NCBI RefSeq assembly: GCF_964355755.1
Contig: NC_092677.1
Coordinates: forward strand, 21,439,175-21,503,174
Source of the DNA: Antedon mediterranea
Lineage: Eukaryota > Animalia > Echinodermata
Length of the DNA: 64,000 bases
Direction: 5' to 3'
A program made the position numbers and the translations under genes. The notes under the pieces were generated by a model, which made no database searches, was not told the origin of the DNA, and was given only the letters and a program-made list of their open reading frames with translations. Each line of letters starts with the position of its first letter. Position 1 is the first letter of the stretch. This document shows positions 43,101 to 57,101 of the stretch, piece after piece.

Positions 43101-46100
43101 TAACATAAAAACACCAAAGTGCTCAGAATACCTTCAAACCGTATTTTGAGACGTTTTAGACAATTTTGTGATTTTCGAAAAAACTTGCTAACATAAAAAC
43201 ACCAAAGTGCTTAGAAAAGCTTCATATCGCATTTGGAGACGTTTTAGACCATTTTGTGCATTTCGATGAAACTTGGTTACACAAAAACATCAAAGTGCTT
43301 AAAATCACTTTTTGAGCATTTCGTTAAAACTTTTCACACAAAAACATCAAAGAGCAAAAAATAGCTTAATATCGTATTTAAAAACGTTTTAGACCATTTT
43401 GAGCATTTCGACAAAACTTTTTCACACAAAACATCAAAGTGTACAAAATAGCTTCAAATCGCATTTGGAGACGTTTTAGACAATTTTGTGATTTTCGAAA
43501 AAACTTGTTTACATAAAAACACCAAAGTGCTAAGAATAGCTTCCAATCGCATTTGGAGACGTTTTAGACCCTTTTGTGCATTTCGATGAAACTTGGTTAC
43601 ACAAAAACATCAAAGTGCTTAAAATCACATTAGAAACCGTTTTAGAACATTTTGAGCATTTCGTTAAAATTTTTCACAGAAAAACATCAAAGAGCAAAAA
43701 ATAGCTTAATATCGTATTTAAAAACGTTTTAGACCATTTTGAGCATTTCGACAAAACTTTTTCACACAAAACAACAAAGTGTACAGAATAGCTTCAAATC
43801 GCATTTGGAGACGTTTTAACCCATTTTGAGCATTTCGATAAAATTTTACACACAAAAACATCAAAGTGCACAAAATAGCTTAATATGGTATTTAAAAACG
43901 TTTTAGACCATTTTGAGCATTTCAACAAAACTTTTTCTCACAAAACATCAAAGTGTACAGAATAGCTTCAAATCGCATTTGGAGACGTTTTAGACCATTT
44001 TGTGCATTTCGATGAAACTTGGTTACACAAAAACATCAAAGTGCTTAAAATCACATTTTGAGCATTTCGTTAAAACTTTTCACACAAAAACATCAAAGTC
44101 CACAAAATAGCTTAATATCGTATTTAAAAACGTTATAGACCATTTTGAGCATTTCGAAAAAACTTTTCCACACAAAACACCAAAGTGCTCAGAATACCTT
44201 CAAATCGCATTTGGAGACGTTTTAGACCCTTTTGTGCATTTCGATGAAACTTGGTTACACAAAAACATCAAAGTGCTTAAAATCACATTAGAAACCGTTT
44301 TAGACCATTTTGAGCATTTCGTTAAAATTTTTCACAGAAAAACATCAAAGAGCAAAAAATAGCTTAATATCGTATTTAAAAACGTTTTAGACCATTTTGA
44401 GCATTTCGACAAAACTTTTTCACACAAAACATCAAAGTGTACAGAATAGCTTCAAATCGCATTTGGAGACGTTTTAACCCATTTTGAGCATTTCGATAAA
44501 ATTTTACACACAAAAACATCAAAGTGCACAAAATAGCTTAATATGGTATTTAAAAACGTTTTAGACCATTTTGAGCATTTCAACAAAACTTTTTCTCACA
44601 AAACATCAAAGTGTACAGAATAGCTTCAAATCGCATTTGGAGACATTTTAGACCATTTTGTGCATTTCGATGAAACTTGGTTACACAAAAACATCAAAGT
44701 GCTTAAAATCACATTTTGAGCATTTCGTTAAAACTTTTCACACAAAAACATCAAAGTCCACAAAATAGCTTAATATCGTATTTAAAAACGTTTTAGACCA
44801 TTTTGAGCATTTCGAAAAAACTTTTCCACACAAAACATCAAAGTTTACAAAATAGCTTCAAATCGCATTTGGAGACGTTTTAGACCATTTTGTGATTTTC
44901 GAAAAAAACTTGTTAACAAAAAAACACCAAAGTGCTCAGAATACCTTCAAATCGTGTTTTGAGACGTTTTAGACCATTTTGTAATTTTCGAAAAAACTTG
45001 TTAACATAAAAACACCAAAGTGCTCAGAATACCTTCACATCGCATTTTGAGACGTTTTAGACCATTTTGTGATTTTCGAAAAAACTTGTTAACATAAAAA
45101 CACCAAAGTGCTTAGAAAAGCTTGAAATCGCATTTGGAGACGTTTTAGACCATTTTGTGAATTTCGATGAAACTTGGTTAAAGTGCTTAAAATCACATTT
45201 TGAGCATTTCGTTAAAACTTTTCACACAAAAACATCAAAGAGTAAAAAATAGCTTAATATCGTATTTAAAAACGTTTTAGACCATTTTGAGCATTTCGAC
45301 AAAATTTTTTCACACAAAACATCAAAGTGTACAGAATAGCTTTAAATCGCATTTGGAGACGTTTTAGACCATTTTGTTCATTTCGATGAAACAAAAACAC
45401 AAAAACATCAAATTGCACAAAATGGCTTAATATGATATGGGAAAACGTTTTAGACCATTTTGAACATTTCGTTAAAAGTTTTCACAAAAAAACATCAAAG
45501 TCCACAAAATAGCTTAATATCGTATTTAAAAACGTTTTAGACCATTTTGAGCATTTCGAAAAAACTTTTTCACACAAAACATCAAAGTTTACAAAATAGC
45601 TTCAAATCGCATTTGGAGACGTTTTAGACCATTTTGTGATTTTCGAAAAAACTTGTTAACATAAAAACACCAAAGTGCTCAGAATACCTTCAAATCGCAT
45701 TTTGAGACGTTTTAGACCATTTTGTGATTTTCGAAAAAACTTGTTAACATAAAAACACCAAAGTGCTCAGAATACCTTCAAATCGTGTTTTGAGACGTTT
45801 TAGACCATTTTGTGATTTTGGAAAAACTTGTTAACATAAAAACACCAAAGTGCTCAGAATACCTTCAAATCGCATTTGGAGACGTTTTAGACCATTTTGT
45901 GATTTTCGAAAAAACTTGTTAACATAAAAACACCAAAGTGCTCAGAAAAGCTTCAAATCGCAATTGGAGACGTTTTAAACCATTTTGTTCATTTCGATGA
46001 AACTTGGTTACACAAAAACATCAAATTGCACAAAATGGCTTTATATTGTATGGGAAAACGTTTTAGACCATTTTGAACATTTCGAGAAAACTTTTTCACA

Positions 46101-48356
46101 CAAAACTTCAAAGTGTACAGAATAGCTTCAAATCGCATTAGAAACCGTTTTAGACCATTTTGAGCATTTCGAAAAAACTTTTTCACACAAAACATCAAGG
46201 TTTACAAAATAGCTTCAAATCGCATTTGGAGACGTTTTAGACCATTTTGTGATTTTCGAAAAAACTTGTTAACATAAAAACACCAAAGTGCTCAGAATAC
46301 CTTCAAATCGCATTTTGAGACGTTTTAGACCATTTTGTGATTTTCGAAAAAACTTGTTAACATAAAAATACCAAAGTGCTCAGAATACCTTCAAATCGTG
46401 TTTTAAGACGTTTTAGACCATTTTGTGATTTTCGAAAAAACTTGTTAACATAAAAACACCAAAGTGCTCAGAATACCTTCAAATCGCATTTGGAGACGTT
46501 TTAGACCATTTTGTGATTTTCGAAAAAACTTGTTAACATAAAAACACCAAAGTGCTCAGAATACCTTCAAATCGTGTTTTGAGACGTTTTAGACCATTTT
46601 GTAATTTTCGAAAAAACTTGTTAACATAAAAACACCAAAGTGCTCAGAAAACCTTCACATCGCATTTTGAGACGTTTTAGACCATTTTGTGATTTTCGAA
46701 AAAACTTGTTAACATAAAAACACCAAAGTGCTTAGAAAAGCTTGAAATCGCATTTGGAGACGTTTTAGACCATTTTGTGCATTTCGATGAAACTTGGTTA
46801 CACAAAAACATCAAAGTGCTTAAAATCACATTAGAAACCGTTTTAGACCATTTTGAGCATTTCGTTAAAACTTTTCACACAAAAACATCAAAGTCCACAA
46901 AATAGCTTAATATCGTATTTAAAAACGTTTTAGACCATTTTGAGCATTTCGAAAAAACTTTTCCACACAAAACATCAAAGTTTACAAAATAGCTTTAAAT
47001 CGCATTTGGAGACGTTTTAGACCATTTTGTTCATTTCGATGAAACAAAAACACAAAAACATCAAATTGCACAAAATGGCTTAATATGATATGGGAAAACG
47101 TTTTAGACCATTTTGAACATTTCGTTAAAAGTTTTCACAAAAAAACATCAAAGTCCACAAAATAGCTTAATATCGTATTTAAAAACGTTTTAGGCCATTT
47201 TGAGCATTTCGAAAAAACTTTTTCACACAAAACATCAAAGTTTACAAAATAGCTTCAAATCGCATTTGGAGACGTTTTAGACCATTTTGTGATTTTCGAA
47301 AAAACTTGTTAACATAAAAACACCAAAGTGCTCAGAATACCTTCAAATCGCATTTTGAGACGTTTTAGACCTTTTTGTGATTTTCGAAAAAACTTGTTAA
47401 CATAAAAACACCAAAGTGCTCAGAATACCTTCAAATCGTGTTTTGAGACGTTTTAGACCATTTTGTGATTTTGGAAAAACTTGTTAACATAAAAACACCA
47501 AAGTGCTCAGAATACCTTCAAATCGCATTTGGAGACGTTTTAAACCATTTTGTTCATTTCGATGAAACTTGGTTACACAAAAATATCAAAGAGCACAAAA
47601 GTATTTAAAAACGTTTTAGACCATTTTGAGCATTCCGACAAAACTTTTTCACACAAAACATCAAAGTGTACAGAATAGCTTTAAATCGCATTTGGAGACG
47701 TTTTAGACCATTTTGTAGTTTTCGAAAAAACTTGTTAACATAAAAACACAAAAGAGCTTCAAATCGCATTTGGAGACGTTTTAGACCCTTTTGTGCATTT
47801 CGATGAAACTTGGTTACACAAAAACATCAAAGTGCTTAAAATCACATTAGAAACCGTTTTAGACCATTTTGAGCATTTCGTTAAAACTTTTCATACAAAA
47901 ACATCAAAGTCCACAAAATAGCTTAATATCGTATTCAAAAACGTTTTAGACCATTTTGAGCATTTCGAAAAAACTTTTCCACACGAAACATCAAAGTTTA
48001 CAAAATAGCTTCAAATCGCATTTGGAGACGTTTTAGACCATTTTGTGATTTTCGAAAAAACTTGATAACATAAAAACACCAAAGTGCTCAGAATACCTTC
48101 AAATCGTGTTTTGAGACGTTTTAGACCATTTTGTAATTTTCGAAAAAACTTGTTAACATAAAAACACCAAAGTGCTCAGAATACCTTCACATCGAATTTT
48201 GAGACGTTTTAGACCATTTTGTGATTTTCGAAAAAACTTGTTAACATAAAAACACCAAAGTGCTTAGAAAAGCTTGAAATCGCATTTGGAGACGTTTTAG
48301 ACCATTTTGTGCATTTCGATGAAACTTGGTTACACAAAAACATCAAAGTGCTTAAA
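35507..48356. repeat. 6385-bp tandem duplication (2 copies, junction within 41892-41971)
   Basis: Private variants recur at exactly 6385: cttaaattca (35581/41966), aaaccgtatt (36751/43136), acaaaaaaac (38531/44916), the 13-bp deletion (38792/45177), ORFs (39604/45989) and gagcacaaaagtatt (41206/47591). Confidence 0.9.
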
Positions 48357-50566
48357 ATCACATTTTGAGCATTTCGTTAAAACTTTTCACACAAAAACAT
48401 CAAAGTCCACAAAATAGCTTAATATCGTATTTAAAAACGTTTTAGACCATTTTGAGCATTTCGAAAAAACTTTTCCACACAAAACATCAAAGTTTACAAA
48501 ATAGCTTTAAATCGCATTTGGAGACGTTTTAGACCATTTTGTTCATTTCGATGAAACAAAAACACAAAAACATCAAATTGCACAAAATGGCTTAATATGA
48601 TATGGGAAAACGTTTTAGACCATTTTGAACATTTCGTTAAAAGTTTTCACAAAAAAACATCAAAGTCCACAAAATAGCTTAATATCGTATTTAAAAACGT
48701 TTTAGGCCATTTTGAGCATTTCGAAAAAACTTTTTCACACAAAACATCAAAGTTTACAAAATAGCTTCAAATCGCATTTGGAGACGTTTTAGACCATTTT
48801 GTGATTTTCGAAAAAACTTGTTAACATAAAAACACCAAAGTGCTCAGAATACCTTCAAATCGCATTTTGAGACGTTTTAGACCTTTTTGTGATTTTCGAA
48901 AAAACTTGTTAACATAAAAACACCAAAGTGCTCAGAATACCTTCAAATCGTGTTTTGAGACGTTTTAGACCATTTTGTGATTTTGGAAAAACTTGTTAAC
49001 ATAAAAACACCAAAGTGCTCAGAATACCTTCAAATCGCATTTGGAGACGTTTTAAACCATTTTGTTCATTTCGATGAAACTTGGTTACACAAAAATATCA
49101 AAGAGCACAAAAGTATTTAAAAACGTTTTAGACCATTTTGAGCATTCCGACAAAACTTTTTCACACAAAACATCAAAGTGTACAGAATAGCTTTAAATCG
49201 CATTTGGAGACGTTTTAGACCATTTTGTAGTTTTCGAAAAAACTTGTTAACATAAAAACACAAAAGAGCTTCAAATCGCATTTGGAGACGTTTTAGACCC
49301 TTTTGTGCATTTCGATGAAACTTGGTTACACAAAAACATCAAAGTGCTTAAAATCACATTAGAAACCGTTTTAGACCATTTTGAGCATTTCGTTAAAACT
49401 TTTCATACAAAAACATCAAAGTCCACAAAATAGCTTAATATCGTATTCAAAAACGTTTTAGACCATTTTGAGCATTTCGAAAAAACTTTTCCACACGAAA
49501 CATCAAAGTTTACAAAATAGCTTCAAATCGCATTTGGAGACGTTTTAGACCATTTTGTGATTTTCGAAAAAACTTGATAACATAAAAACACCAAAGTGCT
49601 CAGAATACCTTCAAATCGTGTTTTGAGACGTTTTAGACCATTTTGTAATTTTCGAAAAAACTTGTTAACATAAAAACACCAAAGTGCTCAGAATACCTTC
49701 ACATCGAATTTTGAGACGTTTTAGACCATTTTGTGATTTTCGAAAAAACTTGTTAACATAAAAACACCAAAGTGCTTAGAAAAGCTTGAAATCGCATTTG
49801 GAGACGTTTTAGACCATTTTGTGCATTTCGATGAAACTTGGTTACACAAAAACATCAAAGTGCTTAAAATCACATTTTGAGCATTTCGTTAAAACTTTTC
49901 ACACAAAAACATCAAAGTCCACAAAATAGCTTAATATCGTATTTAAAAACGTTTTAGACCATTTTGAGCATTTCGAAAAAACTTTTCCACACAAAACATC
50001 AAAGTTTACAAAATAGCTTTAAATCGCATTTGGAGACGTTTTAGACCATTTTGTTCATTTCGATGAAACAAAAACACAAAAACATCAAATTGCACAAAAT
50101 GGCTTAATATGATATGGGAAAACGTTTTAGACCATTTTGAACATTTCGTTAAAAGTTTTCACAAAAAAACATCAAAGTCCACAAAATAGCTTAATATCGT
50201 ATTTAAAAACGTTTTAGGCCATTTTGAGCATTTCGAAAAAACTTTTTCACACAAAACATCAAAGTTTACAAAATAGCTTCAAATCGCATTTGGAGACGTT
50301 TTAGACCATTTTGTGATTTTCGAAAAAACTTGTTAACATAAAAACACCAAAGTGCTCAGAATACCTTCAAATCGCATTTTGAGACGTTTTAGACCATTTT
50401 GTGATTTTCGAAAAAACTTGTTAACATAAAAACACCAAAGTGCTCAGAATACCTTCAAATCGTGTTTTGAGACGTTTTAGACCATTTTGTGATTTTGGAA
50501 AAACTTGTTAACATAAAAACACCAAAGTGCTCAGAATACCTTCAAATCGCATTTGGAGACGTTTTA
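46849..50566. repeat. Higher-order repeat, 1512-bp period (18 monomers), about 2.5 copies
   Basis: taggcc occurs at 47191, 48703 and 50215, and gagcacaaaagtatt at 47591 and 49103. I counted 18 monomer heads per period. Confidence 0.88.
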
Positions 50567-52089
50567 GACCATTTTGTGATTTTCGAAAAAACTTGTTAAC
50601 ATAAAAACACCAAAGTGCTCAGAAAAGCTTCAAATCGCAATTGGAGACGTTTTAAACCATTTTGTTCATTTCGATGAAGCTTGGTTACACAAAAACATCA
50701 AATTGCACAAAATGGCTTAATATGGTATGGGAAAACGTTTTAGACCATTTTGAACATTTCGAGAAAACTTTTTCACACAAAACTTCAAAGTATACAGAAT
50801 AGCTTCAAATCGCATTAGAAACCGTTTTAGACCATTTTGAGCATTTCGAAAAAACTTTTTCACACAAAACATCAAAGTTTACAAAATAGCTTCAAATCGC
50901 ATTTGGAGACGTTTTAGACCATTTTGTGATTTTCGAAAAAACTTGTTAACATAAAAACACCAAAGTGCTCAGAATACCTTCAAATCGCATTTTGAGACGT
51001 TTTAGACCATTTTGTGATTTTCGAAAAAACTTGTTAACATAAAAATACCAAAGTGCTCAGAATACCTTCAAATCGTGTTTTGAGACGTTTTAAACCATTT
51101 TGTGATTTTCGAAAAAACTTAACATAAAAACACCAAAGTGCTCAGAATACCTTCAAATCGCATTTTGGAGACGTTTTAGACCATTTTGTGATTTTCGAAA
51201 AAACTTGTTAACATAAAAACACCAAAGTGCTTAGAAAATCTTCAAATCGCATTTGGAGACGTTTAAGACCATTTTGTTCATTTCGATGAAACTTGGTTAC
51301 ACAAAAACATCAAAGAGCACAAAAGAGCGTTTTAGACCATTTTGAGCATTTCGACAAAACTTTTTCACACAAAACATCAAAGTGTACAGAATAGCTTTAA
51401 ATCGCATTTGGAGACGTTTTAGACCATTTTGTGGTTTTCGAAAAAACTTGTTAACATAAAAACACAAAAGAGCTAAGAATAGCTTCAAATCGCATTTGGA
51501 GACGTTTTAGATCCTTTTGTGCATTTCGATGAAACTTGGTTACACAAAAACATCAAAGTGCTTAAAATCACATTAGAAACCGTTTTAGACCATTTTGAGC
51601 ATTTCGTTAAAACTTTTCACACAAAAACATCAAAGTCCACAAAATAGCTTAATATCGTATTTAAAAACGTTTTAGACCATTTTGAGCATTTCGAAAAAAC
51701 TTTTTCACACAAAACATCAAAGTTTACAAAATAGCTTCAAATCGCATTTGGAGACGTTTTAGACCATTTTGTGATTTTCGAAAAAACTTGTTAACATAAA
51801 AACACCAAAGTGCTTAGAAAATCTTCAAATCGCATTTGGAGACGTTTAAGACCATTTTGTTCATTTCGATTAAACTTGGTTACACAAAAACATCAAAGAG
51901 CACAAAAGAGCTTAATATCGTATTTAAAAACGTTTTAGACCATTTTGAGCATTTCGACAAAACTTTTTCAAACAAAACATCAAAGTGTACAGAATAGCTT
52001 TAAATCGCATTTGGAGACGTTTTAGACCATTTTGTAGTTTTCGAAAAAACTTGTTAACATAAAAACACAAAAAAGCTAAGAATAGCTTC

Positions 52090-54935
52090 AAATCGCATTT
52101 GGAGACGTTTTAGACCCTTTTGTGCATTTCGATGAAACTTGGTTACACAAAAACATCAAAGTGCTTAAAATCACATTAGAAACCGTTTTAGACCATTTTG
52201 AGCATTTCGTTAAAACTTTTCAGACAAAAACATCAAAGTCCACAAAATAGCTTAATATCGTATTTAAAAACGTTTTAGACCATTTTGAGCATTTCGAAAA
52301 AACTTTTTCACACAAAACATCAAAGTTTACAAAATAGCTTCAAATCGCATTTGGAGACGTTTTAGACCATTTTGTGATTTTCGAAAAAACTTGTTAACAT
52401 AAAAACACCAAAGTGCTCAGAATACCTTCAAATCGCATTTTGAGACGTTTTAGACCATTTTGTGATTTTTGAAAAAACTTGTTAACTTAAAAACACCAAA
52501 GTGCTTAGAAAATCTTCAAATCGCATTTGGTGACGTTTTAGACCATTTTGAGCATTTCGATAAAATTTTACACACAAAAACATCAAAGTGCACAAAATAG
52601 CTTAATATGGTATTTAAAAACGTTTTAGACCATTTTGAGCATTTCGACAAAGCTTTTTCTCACAAAACATCAAAGTGTACAGAATAGCTTCAAATCGCAT
52701 TTGGAGACGTTTTAGACCATTTTGTGCATTTCGATGAAACTTGGTTACACAAAAACATCAAAGTGCTTAAAATCACATTTTGAGCATTTCGTTAAAACTG
52801 TTCACACAAAAACATCAAAGAGCAAAAAATAGCTTAATATCGTATTTAAAAACGTTTTAGACCATTTTGAGCATTTCGACAAAACTTTTTCACACAAAAC
52901 ATCAAAGTGTACAGAATAGCTTTAAATCGCATTTGGAGACGTTTTAGACCATTTTGTTCATTTCGATGAAACTTGGTTACACAAAAACATCAAATTGCAC
53001 AAAATGGCTTAATATGGTATGGGAAAACGTTTTAGACCATTTTGAACATTTCGAGAAAACTTTTTCACACAAAACTTCAAAGTGTACAGAATAGCTTCAA
53101 ATCGCATTTGAAACCGTTTTAGACCATTTTGAGCATTTCGAAAAAACTTTTTCACACAAAACATCAAAGTTTACAAAATAGCTTCAAATCGCATTTGGAG
53201 ACGTTTTAGACCATTTTGTGATTTTCGAAAAAACTTGTTAACATAAAAACACCAAAGTGCTCAGAATACCTTCAAATCGCATTTGGAGACGTTTTAGACC
53301 ATTTTGTGATTTTCGAAAAAACTTGTTAACATAAAAACACCAAAGTGCTTAGAAAAGCTTCAAATTGCATTTGGAGACGTTTTAGACCATTTTGTGCATT
53401 TAGATGAAACTTGGTTACACAAAAACATCAAAGTGCTTAAAATCACATTTTGACCATTTCGTTAAAACTTTTCACACAAAAACATCAAAGAGTAAAAAAT
53501 AGCTTAATATCGTATTTAAAAACGTTTTAGACCATTTTGAGCAATTCGACAAAACTTTTTCTCACAAAACATCAAAGTGTACAGAATAGCTTCAAATCGC
53601 ATTTGGAGACGTTTTAGACCATTTTGTAGTTTTCGTAAAAACTTGTTAACATAAAAAGACAAAAGAGCTTCAAATCGCATTTGGAGACGTTTTAGACCCT
53701 TTTGTGCATTTCGATGAAACTTGGTTACACAAAAACATCAAACTGCTTAAAATCACATTAGAAACCGTTTTAGACCATTTTGAGCATTTCGTTAAAACTT
53801 TTCAGACAAAAACATCAAAGTCCACAAAATAGCTTAATATCGTATTTAAAAACGTTTTAGACCATTTTGAGCATTTCGAAAAAACTTTTTCACACAAAAC
53901 ATCAAAGTTTACAAAATAGCTTCAAATCGCATTTGGAGACGTTTTAGACCATTTTGTGATTTTCGAAAAAACTTGTTAACATAAAAACACCAAAGTGCTC
54001 AGAATACCTTCAAATCGCATTTTGAGACGTTTTAGACCATTTTGTGATTTTTGAAAAAACTTGTTAACTTAAAAACACCAAAGTGCTTAGAAAATCTTCA
54101 AATCGCATTTGGTGACGTTTTAGACCATTTTGAGCATTTCGATAAAATTTTACACACAAAAACATCAAAGTGCACAAAATAGCTTAATATGGTATTTAAA
54201 AACGTTTTAGACCATTTTGAGCATTTCGACAAAGCTTTTTCTCACAAAACATCAAAGTGTACAGAATAGCTTCAAATCGCATTTGGAGACGTTTTAGACC
54301 ATTTTGTGCATTTCGATGAAACTTGGTTACACAAAAACATCAAAGTGCTTAAAATCACATTTTGAGCATTTCGTTAAAACTGTTCACACAAAAACATCAA
54401 AGAGCAAAAAATAGCTTAATATCGTATTTAAAAACGTTTTAGACCATTTTGAGCATTTCGACAAAACTTTTTCACACAAAACATCAAAGTGTACAGAATA
54501 GCTTTAAATCGCATTTGGAGACGTTTTAGACCATTTTGTTCATTTCGATGAAACTTGGTTACACAAAAACATCAAATTGCACAAAATGGCTTAATATGGT
54601 ATGGGAAAACGTTTTAGACCATTTTGAACATTTCGAGAAAACTTTTTCACACAAAACTTCAAAGTGTACAGAATAGCTTCAAATCGCATTTGAAACCGTT
54701 TTAGACCATTTTGAGCATTTCGAAAAAACTTTTTCACACAAAACATCAAAGTTTACAAAATAGCTTCAAATCGCATTTGGAGACGTTTTAGACCATTTTG
54801 TGATTTTCGAAAAAACTTGTTAACATAAAAACACCAAAGTGCTCAGAATACCTTCAAATCGCATTTGGAGACGTTTTAGACCATTTTGTGATTTTCGAAA
54901 AAACTTGTTAACATAAAAACACCAAAGTGCTTAGA
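52090..54935. repeat. 1582-bp period duplication in domain B (about 1.8 copies)
   Basis: ggtgacg occurs at 52529 and 54111. The copies share ttaacttaaa, caaagcttttt, aaaactgttc and catttgaaacc. A third copy lies at offset 9723 (62252). Confidence 0.8.
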
Positions 54936-55249
54936 AAAGTTTCAAATCGCATTTGGAGACGTTTTAGACCATTTTGTTCATTTCGATGAAACTTGGTTAC
55001 ACAAAAACATCAAATTGCACAAAATGGCTTAATATGGTATGGGAAAACGTTTTAGACCATTTTGAACGTTTCGAGAAAACTTTTTCACACAAAACTTCAA
55101 AGTGTACAGAATAGCTTCAAATCGCATTAGAAACCGTTTTAGACCATTTTGAGCATTTCAAAAAAACTTTTTCACACAAAACATCAAAGTTTACAAAATA
55201 GCTTCAAATCACATTTGGAGACGTTCTAGACCATTTTGTGATTTTCAAA

Positions 55250-56635
55250 AAAACTTGTTAACATAAAAACACCAAAGTGCTCAGAATACCTTCAAATCGC
55301 ATTTTGAGACGTTTTAGACCATTTTGTGATTTTCGAAAAAACTTGTTAACATAAAAACACCAAAGTGCTTAGAAAATCTTCAAATCGCATTTGGAGACGT
55401 TTAAGACCATTTTGTTCATTTCGATGAAACTTGGTTACACAAAAACATCAAAGAGCACAAAAGAGCTTAATATCGTATTTAAAAACGTTTTAGACCATTT
55501 TGAGCATTTCGACAAAACTTTTTCACACAAAACATCAAAGTGTAGAGAATAGCTTTAAATCGCATTTGGAGACGTTTTAGACCATTTTCTGGTTTTCGAA
55601 AAAACTTGTTAACATAAAAACACAAAAGAGCTAAGAATAGCTTCAAATCGCATTTGGAGACGTTTTAGATCCTTTTGTGCATTTCGATGAAACTTGGTTA
55701 CACAAAAACATCAAAGTGCTTAAAATCACATTAGAAACCGTTTTAGACCATTTTGAGCATTTCGTTAAAACTTTTCACACAAAAACATCAAAGTCCACAA
55801 AATAGCTTAATATCGTATTTAAAAACGTTTTAGACCATTTTGAGCATTTCGAAAAAACTTTTTCACACAAAACATCAAAGTTTACAAAATAGCTTCAAAT
55901 CGCATTTGGAGACGTTTTAGACCATTTTGTGATTTTCGAAAAAACTTGTTAACATAAAAACACCAAAGTGCTCAGAATACCTTCAAATCGCATTTTGAGA
56001 CGTTTTAGACCATTTTGTGATTTTCGAAAAAACTTGTTAACATAAAAACACCAAAGTGCTTAGAAAATCTTCAAATCGCATTTGGAGACGTTTAAGACCA
56101 TTTTGTTCATTTCGATGAAACTTGGTTACACAAAAACATCAAAGAGCACAAAAGAGCTTAATATCGTATTTAAAAACGTTTTAGACCATTTTGAGCATTT
56201 CGACAAAACTTTTTCACACAAAACATCAAAGTGTAGAGAATAGCTTTAAATCGCATTTGGAGACGTTTTAGACCATTTTCTGGTTTTCGAAAAAACTTGT
56301 TAACATAAAAACACAAAAGAGCTAAGAATAGCTTCAAATCGCATTTGGAGACGTTTTAGATCCTTTTGTGCATTTCGATGAAACTTGGTTACACAAAAAC
56401 ATCAAAGTGCTTAAAATCACATTAGAAACCGTTTTAGACCATTTTGAGCATTTCGTTAAAACTTTTCACACAAAAACATCAAAGTCCACAAAATAGCTTA
56501 ATATCGTATTTAAAAACGTTTTAGACCATTTTGAGCATTTCGAAAAAACTTTTTCACACAAAACATCAAAGTTTACAAAATAGCTTCAAATCGCATTTGG
56601 AGACGTTTTAGACCATTTTGTGATTTTCGAAAAAA
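55250..56635. repeat. 691-bp period duplication (8 monomers), 2 copies
   Basis: The private variants tgtagagaat (55541/56232) and cattttctgg occur in both copies. Confidence 0.85.
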
Positions 56636-57101
56636 CCTGTTAACATAAAAACACCAAAGTGCTCAGAATACCTTCACATCGCATTTTGAGACGGTTTAGA
56701 CCATTTTGTGATTTTCGAAAGAACTTGTTAACATAAAAACACCAAAGTGCTTAGAAAAGCTTCAAATTGCATTTGGAGACGTTTTAGACCATTTTGTGCA
56801 TTTAGATGAAACTTGGTTACACAAAAACATCAAAGTGCTTAAAATCACATTTTGACCATTTCGTTAAAACTTTTCACACAAAAACATCAAAGAGTAAAAA
56901 ATAGCTTAATATCGTATTTAAAAACGTTTTAGACCATTTTGAGCAATTCGACAAAACTTTTTCTCACAAAACATCAAAGTGTACAGAATAGCTTCAAATC
57001 GCATTTGGAGACGTTTTAGACCATTTTGTAGTTTTCGTAAAAACTTGTTAACATAAAAAGACAAAAGAGCTTCAAATCGCATTTGGAGACGTTTTAGACC
57101 C

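Larger units (their letters stand above)
1..51160. repeat. Satellite sub-family domain A
   Basis: Recurrent variants here include aaagcttgaaatc, cttcacatcg, atcgtgttttgag, ttttccacac, gatgaaacaaaaacac, the 13-bp deletion ggttaaagtg and ttttaggcc. Most of these are absent from 51.2-63.2 kb. Confidence 0.8.

Noticed and set aside
5513-51488. Ten minus-strand ORFs of 61-69 aa (MRFEAILYTLMFCVKKFFRNAQNGLKRFL repeats)
   Set aside because: They occur where 87-bp monomers happen to keep frame, and neighbouring 88-bp monomers break it. Their recurrence simply tracks the block duplications. There is no recognisable domain or gene context.
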